A DNA stretch of 64,000 nucleotides from an uncultured Methanosarcinales archaeon (GTDB taxonomy: Archaea > Nanobdellota > Nanobdellia > Woesearchaeales > CAYVYK01): positions 140,463 through 204,462 of the forward strand of contig CAYVYK010000001.1 in assembly GCA_964455675.1 (NCBI GenBank). Reading direction: 5' to 3'. The translations under genes were made by a program, and so were the position numbers. Below the pieces are notes generated by a model that saw only the letters and a program-made list of their open reading frames with translations, was not told the origin of the DNA and made no database searches. This document shows positions 57,117 to 64,000 of the stretch, piece after piece. Each line of letters begins with the position of its first letter. Positions within the stretch are counted from its first letter, which is position 1.

Positions 57117-58636
57117 GTGCCCTCATCTGCTGGTTGTTCTGGTTCTGTGATCTCTTCAGTTGTAGCTTCGGGGATTTCTTCAGGTGGCTCTTCAGTATCA
57201 GGCGTTGGCGTCGCAATTCTCTTCGGGAATTCGATGCGTGCCGGTGCTCGTTCTACATCGGCATCCTGTGGTCCTACTTGTGATTCAAGGTTAACTGGTG
57301 TTGGAGCCGGGAGTGCATTGTAACCCTGCGCGCGCTGGTTTTCTGCTTCCTGTTTCTTGTTTGTCCAGCTTTCAAATCCTAGTGTGAATATCTCAGTGCT
57401 CTTGTACCGGTCGCGCAGGTTTGGCTGGAATTGTGATATTTGTGACGTGTCGATGTCCTGGCATTTGACGTCGCTAAACTCCGCGCTTGAGAGTTCCTCC
57501 CATGCGTCAACAAGATTCTTGATATTTTGGGGGATCTGGATGAGTTCCATGATGGACGTGAAACAGTTGAGGAGCGGTATGAGGAATGAAAGGTATTTTG
57601 TGATGAGCGCGGTGATAATCCTTGAGAGGATCATCGTGAGTATTCCAATCAATAGCCCTATAATTGTCTGCAGGAGTGATCCTTCCCAGTACATGCAGAG
57701 CTGTTCGCTTAGAGCCCGCTCGCAGGATTCCGTGCTTCCCCCGCTCTTGCATGCTTGCTCGATGCAGCAGTTGTACACTTGATAGATCGTCTTGAGTTTC
57801 TTGAGATTGATGAGGATTGCTGTGGGGCAGAGGCACGCAACTGCTGTCCAGATATTGTCTTTTGCGTTGAGGTGCCCCTTTAGGCTTCCAAGCGCCGCGG
57901 ATCCAATCCCTTCGGGGAACGCGATCTCGGTGATTTTTTTGTTGCCATAGATGCTTTTGTAGTCGTTGACCATTCCTTGATATCCTTTGGCGAGGAGCGG
58001 CTGTCCTGATTTCGGCATGCTCTCATACGCTTTCATTCTGTCGCTGAATGATTTTGAGAATGATGCATCGAATTTTCCTTTCGCTCCCATATTTTTTGCC
58101 ATGATGTTGAGACTGTCCCAGCAGCTTCTTCCGCTGCACCATGGGATGAATCCGCACGTGACGAAGCAGCAGATGAGGCTGATGGGCATGGTTGCTGCCT
58201 TCCATGCCATGACTGTTTTCTCGACGCCATGGCACACTGCAACCATGGGGGGGAATACCCATTCAGTGCACTCCTGAACGAGGCATACTCCTTTCACGAT
58301 CGTAAGCATATTATCAAGTAGTGAACTGATAATGCTGTACATCGTGCATAGTGCGTACATGACTTCGACAATTGCAGTGAGCGTTCTTATGACATCACTA
58401 TCGAGGAACTTGACAAGACTTTCTCCTTTCTGTTTTTTGTCAATGCATGACTTTGCTGCGTTGTTGAACCCAAAAGGCGCGGGTAGACCTGTGCTTGTAC
58501 TGTAATTTGTTCCAAGTGTGGCGTCGCCCGTGACATCGTTCATGATACTATTGATCTGTTCGAGAGTGCTTGCAGCGCTGACTGGTATGGTGACGACAAG
58601 AATCATAAGGATGAGCGCGATGAGTTGCTTGTTCAT
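57113..58636 (-). CDS. Secreted Cys-rich protein with internal hydrophobic helices
   Basis: Signal peptide MNKQLIALILMILVVTIPVSA, 19 Cys by my count, acidic P/E/T tail; GGTGA RBS and ATGA overlap at 58633-58636. Confidence 0.85.
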   Translation of the reverse strand: MNKQLIALILMILVVTIPVSAASTLEQINSIMNDVTGDATLGTNYSTSTGLPAPFGFNNAAKSCIDKKQKGESLVKFLDSDVIRTLTAIVEVMYALCTMYSIISSLLDNMLTIVKGVCLVQECTEWVFPPMVAVCHGVEKTVMAWKAATMPISLICCFVTCGFIPWCSGRSCWDSLNIMAKNMGAKGKFDASFSKSFSDRMKAYESMPKSGQPLLAKGYQGMVNDYKSIYGNKKITEIAFPEGIGSAALGSLKGHLNAKDNIWTAVACLCPTAILINLKKLKTIYQVYNCCIEQACKSGGSTESCERALSEQLCMYWEGSLLQTIIGLLIGILTMILSRIITALITKYLSFLIPLLNCFTSIMELIQIPQNIKNLVDAWEELSSAEFSDVKCQDIDTSQISQFQPNLRDRYKSTEIFTLGFESWTNKKQEAENQRAQGYNALPAPTPVNLESQVGPQDADVERAPARIEFPKRIATPTPDTEEPPEEIPEATTEEITEPEQPADEGT

Positions 58637-61008
58637 GGTATCACCTTCGGGCGGAGTGCGTTCATGTACTCTTCTTTTGGTATGCTGAAGGGTACGATCT
58701 CCTCGCACGGGCCTTCCTCGATTTCTCGATCGTATCCGTACACATGCAAGAGCTTCGTTCCAGGTCCGGAGCAGATCGGCTCGGTGCCTTCGTATCCTTG
58801 TATTTCTTGTTGGTACACGAATTGAGCGCTGAGATCCTTGTCTTCAGTGATATAATCATTCAGTAATCCTTCCCATGAATCTTCAAGTGCTGGAGATTCC
58901 CATGCGTATACCTTGAGGGTCCTATTTGCGTCTTCCCGTGTGATGTCCTGGACGCTGATGAGCGAAGGTGACGGGACAACTGCTTTTGCTCCCGTAGAGT
59001 TTCCATTTGGTAGTTCGGGGAGTCTCTGCTGCTTGCCAAAGAGGATTGTCTGGAACTCATGTATCCCTTCATGAAGCATCATGTGGTTCTGTGTCGGGTA
59101 TGATATGAATGGTACGTCTGCCGTAGGGACTGTGATGAGCGTTTTTTCGGAGTCATCAAGAGTCTCCTCCAAGCTTTCAGGTCGAAGGTCTCCTGACTCT
59201 TTTGCCTGAACCAAGTACTCTCTGATAGGTATTTTTGCGACGGTGATGTTCATGGGTATCTGGACTTGGAGGCGGTACGTGATGCTTCCTGTTTCTGTTC
59301 GATAACTGCTGAGCATGTAGTGTGCTTTTGCGTACTGTGGATGGATGATCGTAAGCTCTCCGTTGATGCAGCTAGGTACCTTTGACTCAAGTTTTCCTGC
59401 TGTCGACGTCCTTCCAAGGCTGCATATCTGCTGCCCCGCTCCGCATTGGTACTGTAATTCCGCTCCACTGATTGGTTGCTGTGTTTTTTCCTCAATCACT
59501 ACCGCTCGCAATGTGAGGGGTGCTGGTGAGTTCTTGCAGTATCCGTAGTCTTGGAGAATGCCTAGCCCTGTGAGATTCTTGATTGCATGCTCGACATCGA
59601 GCATGTACTGCGGTCTGCTTACGCATCTCCTATCCTGGTTGCCGCAGAGGAATGCCTTGATCGCGAACGTGAATGTGAATCCTCCATCGCTCGTAACTTG
59701 TTCATTTTTGAGGTCGATCCTTCCTGACTCCGGGTCGTGGATGTCGTAGAACACGGGGTACGTTATGAAATATTTGTATGCGTATTTGTATGTGCAGAAT
59801 TGTGGAAGGAATGGTATTCCTTTCCCGGTGTGTTTGTCTGGCTTGATGCTGTCCCCATCTCTCGGATAGATATCAAACTCCCATCCTCGTTCATCCTTCA
59901 AGTCGTGTTGTACGCGTACCGGGCTGTAATCATGGAGCAGGAAGTCTTCCTTGAACTGCTTGATCATAGCTTGCTCGATCGCGTCTTGGCTCGTCCTTGG
60001 TGTATAGCTTGTTCCCTCGAGCTGGATTTCTGGAATATATGTTTGAAGGAGCGTCTTGGTGTTCTGTTCGACAGATGGAAGGCTCCACGTGACTCCTTCG
60101 CAGTTTGTATTGCTGAGGCTGCCGTAGAATGGAGGAAGTAGATTTTCGTCGATACCCTGGTAGTATCCAAGGATTCGTTTGGTTTGTCGTTCGAGGTAGT
60201 TTGCGTAGAACTCATAGACTGTTATTTCCTGAGCGAGGAGCTGTATTTTTTGTAGATCGATAGGAACGCTGTATTCGAACGTGTCGATTTTCCATTCTCC
60301 ATTCTTCTGCACTCTGAGTGGATAATTGACTCCGACCATGACTGCTGTATCGAATGTGACATAAGCTATGGGATGTTCCGCAATGACCGTATACCCCTGA
60401 TCCTCGAGAGCCTTGAAATCTGCCGTGCATAGAGGAAGCCGTTGCGCGATATATTTTTCGAGTTCGTGTTCCATCACTCCTTTGCTTGGGAATTCTGCCT
60501 TCTCCTCGGTAATCCAGATGGCAGTGCGTGTAGTGCCATCCCCTTCGATGAGCCTTGGGACTCCTGAAACGGTGCCAGCATGCCAACCTTTTGTGGTATA
60601 CTCTGCGTTGGGCCGTTCGTTAATGTAGATGTACCCTCCCTGTCTTCGGAGTATCTCGAGGCCCTCGAGAGTGATGCTCCTAATGCAGCTGTCAACAAAG
60701 TCCTTCACCCGTATCTGCTCTTGGTTGAGCTGGATGACTTCTGCCTCTTCTGGTTGGAATTCCGTTTGTGCATGCGAGAGATACCAATAGATGATTGCGC
60801 CACCAAGTATCAGGAAACCGACGACAATGAGGAACAGGCTGAGCTGGGCTTTCTTCCGTGCGCGCTTGAGAAGGATGTCTCCATTTCTTGTGACATCGAA
60901 CTTGAGCGCTGCTCCTTTATGGATGCCGAGAAGATCGATGATTGCTTTGGGTATGGTAATAACATACTGGTCCTGCGGTGTTCGTTGGACCTTCCGCTTC
61001 AGAGTCAT
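58633..61008 (-). CDS. AbrB/SpoVT-like domain fused to a class III signal peptide and a large extracellular region
   Basis: MTLKRKVQRTPQDQYVITIPKAIIDLLGIHKGAALKFDV (AbrB pattern), then RARKKA|QLSLFLIVVGFLILGG, then VKDFVDSCI...QGGYI and a carboxypeptidase-regulatory-like segment. Confidence 0.85.
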   Translation of the reverse strand: MTLKRKVQRTPQDQYVITIPKAIIDLLGIHKGAALKFDVTRNGDILLKRARKKAQLSLFLIVVGFLILGGAIIYWYLSHAQTEFQPEEAEVIQLNQEQIRVKDFVDSCIRSITLEGLEILRRQGGYIYINERPNAEYTTKGWHAGTVSGVPRLIEGDGTTRTAIWITEEKAEFPSKGVMEHELEKYIAQRLPLCTADFKALEDQGYTVIAEHPIAYVTFDTAVMVGVNYPLRVQKNGEWKIDTFEYSVPIDLQKIQLLAQEITVYEFYANYLERQTKRILGYYQGIDENLLPPFYGSLSNTNCEGVTWSLPSVEQNTKTLLQTYIPEIQLEGTSYTPRTSQDAIEQAMIKQFKEDFLLHDYSPVRVQHDLKDERGWEFDIYPRDGDSIKPDKHTGKGIPFLPQFCTYKYAYKYFITYPVFYDIHDPESGRIDLKNEQVTSDGGFTFTFAIKAFLCGNQDRRCVSRPQYMLDVEHAIKNLTGLGILQDYGYCKNSPAPLTLRAVVIEEKTQQPISGAELQYQCGAGQQICSLGRTSTAGKLESKVPSCINGELTIIHPQYAKAHYMLSSYRTETGSITYRLQVQIPMNITVAKIPIREYLVQAKESGDLRPESLEETLDDSEKTLITVPTADVPFISYPTQNHMMLHEGIHEFQTILFGKQQRLPELPNGNSTGAKAVVPSPSLISVQDITREDANRTLKVYAWESPALEDSWEGLLNDYITEDKDLSAQFVYQQEIQGYEGTEPICSGPGTKLLHVYGYDREIEEGPCEEIVPFSIPKEEYMNALRPKVIP

Positions 61009-61031
61009 GTAAGAGGATTTATGCGAATACC

Positions 61032-61065
61032 CTTTAAAAAGATTACTATTAAAATTAATAGTAAT
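61032..61065 (-). promoter_or_regulatory. TATA box with adjacent palindromic operator candidate
   Basis: Minus-strand TTTTTAAA at 61040-61033, 24 nt from the ATG; ATTACTATTAA-AA-TTAATAGTAAT at 61042-61065. Confidence 0.7.
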
Positions 61066-61111
61066 TAAGTCTATAAAAATATGTAAAATCTTCAATCGTC
61101 TTCATCAGGAG

Positions 61112-62824
61112 CTACCTCGTGAGCTTCTCTGCTTTTGGGTGCTCGTGATGCGCGTTTTTGCGCTCATGGAGATGCTGGATATGCTTGAGTTTCTCCTTTA
61201 AGAATCGTCGTGTATCGAGGCCGTAGTTTTCAAGGAGTATGCACGTATGGTGAGCCCCAAGGAAGTGTGGCATGATTACGTAGCTAGCTCCAACGTCGTA
61301 GAGTTGCATGGCTTCCTCAATCTGATGGGAAACAACAATAATGATTGATCTCTTGTTGCGTTGGCGTATCTTGCTGATAAGAAGGAGGTTCGTTTCAAAG
61401 TCAGGGATGGTGGAGACGACCATCCTTACATGTTCAAAATCTAGTTCGTTGAGGAGTTCATCATCACTTGCGTCCCCATACTGACTCGCTATTCCCCGCC
61501 GTGCAAGCTCCATGACTGTCCTTGGTTCATAGTCGATGACAAGATATTCCTTTTTGAGTTTTGTGACGGATTCTACGAGGCTTGACCCTATTCTGTTATG
61601 CCCGAATATGATGATATCGTATGAGACATCGTTATGGTATCTGTGCTCGTCCTTCTTCTGTCCTTTTCGCTGGAAAATTGAGAGATATGGCGACAGGATG
61701 CCATAGATAGCCCGTGAGTTGAAGATGAGGTACGTGGATGCGGTGATGCTGATGATTCCGATGATGGTGATGAGCGATATGGTTGATGATGGGATTGCGC
61801 CCGTGGCAGCACCAAGGCCGATAATGATGAATGAAAACTCGCTGATTTGCGCAATGGCAAGTCCCGTAAGGAAGCTGTTTCGTTTGGTGTAGCCCATGAT
61901 TCCCATAATAGCCATGACCGCGAGAGGTTTTCCTATGATGACGAAGAGCGAAAGGATGATGATCAACCATAGGTTTTGCACGATGTCTGATGCAACGATC
62001 TGTGAGCCAAGGAGGATGAAGAACAGTATGATGAAGAAGTCACGTAGGTATTTGAGCTTGCTGCTTATCTCATAGTGGTAGGGTGTGAGTGCGAGGGTGA
62101 CTCCCGCAAGGAGCGCGCCGATCTCGACGGATAGCCCAAAGTACGCAAAGAGTGATGCGAGCGCAAGGCACCATCCGATGGAGAAGAGGAAGAGGTATTC
62201 TTGTGATTTTGCTATTGCTCCGCCGATGCGGGGGAATATGTAAAGTGCGATGGCTCCAAGAACAATCACTAGTGCAAAGCATTTTGCAAGGTTAAAGAGT
62301 CCCATAGTAAGCATGGACTCTCCGCTTCCTGAGAGGAACATGAGGGCAAATATGGCGATGAGGTCCTGCATGATGAGAATACCCATGGTGATTCTGCCGT
62401 AGAGTGATTCATTTTCTCCTTTGTCCGTAAGTATTTTCATGACGATGATCGTGCTGCTAAACGTTAGCGCAACCGCAAGGAAGAGTGATGCGCTATTCGA
62501 AAATCCTAGAAGGAGTGATAGGCCAAACGCAGCAGCTCCAGTGAGTAACACTTGTCCGATTCCTGCAACAACAATGACCACTCCAACATCGCGAATCATT
62601 CGAGGATTAAGGTTAAGACCGACGATGAAGAGAAGTAGGGCAACTCCGATGCGCGCTAGCGTGGTGAGTGTCTCAGAGTGGTCGATAAGATGGAGGAAGC
62701 TGACGACAATACCTGTGATGATGTAGCTGATGATGAGCGGTTGTTTGAGAATCCGCGCGATTGTGGCGACGGCGAGAACAAGAATCATGATCAGGCTGAC
62801 TTCCGTGAATACTTCCGCGACCAT
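61112..62824 (-). CDS. CPA2 cation:proton antiporter with TrkA-N (RCK) domain, Kef-like
   Basis: LLFIVGL, FSSTIIV, LIMQD, GALLAG, QISEF; C-terminal IIFGHNRIG...YGDASD...GASYVIMP. Confidence 0.92.
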   Translation of the reverse strand: MVAEVFTEVSLIMILVLAVATIARILKQPLIISYIITGIVVSFLHLIDHSETLTTLARIGVALLLFIVGLNLNPRMIRDVGVVIVVAGIGQVLLTGAAAFGLSLLLGFSNSASLFLAVALTFSSTIIVMKILTDKGENESLYGRITMGILIMQDLIAIFALMFLSGSGESMLTMGLFNLAKCFALVIVLGAIALYIFPRIGGAIAKSQEYLFLFSIGWCLALASLFAYFGLSVEIGALLAGVTLALTPYHYEISSKLKYLRDFFIILFFILLGSQIVASDIVQNLWLIIILSLFVIIGKPLAVMAIMGIMGYTKRNSFLTGLAIAQISEFSFIIIGLGAATGAIPSSTISLITIIGIISITASTYLIFNSRAIYGILSPYLSIFQRKGQKKDEHRYHNDVSYDIIIFGHNRIGSSLVESVTKLKKEYLVIDYEPRTVMELARRGIASQYGDASDDELLNELDFEHVRMVVSTIPDFETNLLLISKIRQRNKRSIIIVVSHQIEEAMQLYDVGASYVIMPHFLGAHHTCILLENYGLDTRRFLKEKLKHIQHLHERKNAHHEHPKAEKLTR

Positions 62825-62897
62825 CCTTCACCTCTCTATTCTTTCACCATTGTTGCGGATATTTAAATGTTCACGAATAGAACACTCAAGAAAGTAC

Positions 62898-64000
62898 TCA
62901 GATCTTGCTGATGAATCCTTTGCGTGGTTCGAATACATCCCCTTCTCTTTTCAGCCGTTCGAGAACTTCGTCAACGGTGCTTCGGTCAAGCCCTCGTTCT
63001 TGTGCGACGGCGATGATATCCTCGATCTGGATGCTCTTGCCAAGCTCTTTCTCGAGTTCATTGATGATTTCCTTGACGGTAACGATCTTGTTGCGTTTGC
63101 TTGCTGGCATGTCGCTTGCGATGCGGTCGATATCGATCGTTCCTGTTTCAGTGTCAAATGCAATCTGCCGTAGACAGAAGTTGAGGAGCGCAATTGCGCG
63201 TTGTGCATCCTCGCGGATGACTTTTTGTCGGAGATGGATTTTTGCGCTTGCTTCCGCAAGCCTGATGAGTCCCTCAAGCTGCCTGGCAGAGATGGGGATT
63301 GACTTGATGCCTGATTCTGTCGTCCCTGATGCGCGCATCTTGAGGTAATATTCGCGTATTTCTTCGCTTGCTTCCTTCGTGAGGATTGGTTTTATTGTCT
63401 GTTTTGCGTATGCGATGTATTTGCGGAGCAATCGGTCATCGATATCCGGCTCTTGTCCGACGGGTGTTCCTGTTCGGTGCAGCTCGAGGAGGAATGTTGC
63501 AAGCTTGTCATCTTTTGCTTGGTCAGGTAAGTCTTTGATCGGAAAGATCAGGTCAAACCTATTGATGAGTGTGCTCGGAAGATCGATTTGTTCCGCTATC
63601 GTTCCGTACGGATCGAACCTTCCAAACTTTGGGTTTGCCGCGGCAAGTACGGTTGTCTCGCACCGGAGCGTTGCCTGGATGTTTGCTTTTGAGATCGTTA
63701 CGGTTTGTCCTTCGAGTGCTTCATGCATGGCGCTCGTGTCGTCCTTGCTCATCTTGTCGAGTTCGTCAATGCAGCAGATGCCGCGGTTAGCAAGAACGAG
63801 CGCTCCTGCTTCAAGGCTCCATCCTCCAAGAAAGTCATCCTTGACAACGGTTGCAGTTAGCCCTGCTCCGGAAACTCCTTTTCCTGAGATGAATTTTGCT
63901 TTGGGTGAGACGACATTGATGCGCTTAAGGAGCATTGACTTTCCGCTTCCAGGATCTCCCACAAGGAGCATATGAATATCCCCTCGTGTTACGACGCCGT
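62898..64000 (-). CDS. mcm: MCM replicative helicase, C-terminal part; gene starts beyond the window
   Basis: RGDIHMLLVGDPGSGKS, LEAGALVLA, CIDELDKM, AAANP, NRFD, SARQLE, C-terminal winged helix. Confidence 0.96.
   Translation of the reverse strand, partial: GVVTRGDIHMLLVGDPGSGKSMLLKRINVVSPKAKFISGKGVSGAGLTATVVKDDFLGGWSLEAGALVLANRGICCIDELDKMSKDDTSAMHEALEGQTVTISKANIQATLRCETTVLAAANPKFGRFDPYGTIAEQIDLPSTLINRFDLIFPIKDLPDQAKDDKLATFLLELHRTGTPVGQEPDIDDRLLRKYIAYAKQTIKPILTKEASEEIREYYLKMRASGTTESGIKSIPISARQLEGLIRLAEASAKIHLRQKVIREDAQRAIALLNFCLRQIAFDTETGTIDIDRIASDMPASKRNKIVTVKEIINELEKELGKSIQIEDIIAVAQERGLDRSTVDEVLERLKREGDVFEPRKGFISKI

Noticed and set aside
60780..61008. AbrB domain as the antitoxin of a toxin-antitoxin pair
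   Set aside because: No adjacent PIN/MazF-like toxin ORF, and the domain is in frame with the surface protein.
1..64000. CRISPR arrays, rRNA, transposases, reverse transcriptase or DGR repeats, alternative genetic code
   Set aside because: No regularly spaced repeats or such genes were noticed by eye, and conserved genes translate full-length with the standard stops. A self dot-plot would be needed to exclude diverged repeats.

Overview
Gene-dense archaeal chromosome segment. Gene content and many lineage-typical hypotheticals suggest a DPANN archaeon, most likely Woesearchaeales; this assignment is inference only. The window centres on a probable replication origin (ORB elements plus an AT-rich tract) between the cdc6-DP1-DP2 operon and a TrmB-family gene. 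It is rich in information-processing genes: family B polymerase, Hef, PolD, Hjc, histone, TFE, RNase Z, EndA, FEN1, Trm5-like methylase, PCNA, RNase J, ScpB, an RPA2-like protein, MCM, TyrRS, PAN and aIF-2beta. It also holds a type IV pilus-like locus (ATPase, two platform proteins, four class III signal-peptide proteins, two GT-C type glycosyltransferases), AMP phosphorylase, a degenerate R15P-isomerase/eIF2B homolog, a lone purF and an intron-containing tRNA-Leu(CAA). Best novelty candidate: an operon of Cys-rich surface proteins whose first gene has an AbrB-type DNA-binding domain as the in-frame leader of a prepilin-like cleavage site, with a perfect 11-bp-arm palindrome abutting its TATA box. 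Also found: a box C/D sRNA whose guide points to the 23S A-loop U2552 equivalent, a structured ncRNA candidate upstream of hef, a structured tRNA leader, and a trio of related coiled-coil genes. No CRISPR array, rRNA or mobile element was seen. All calls are by eye, with no database searches; many start codons were moved downstream of the ORF-track starts.
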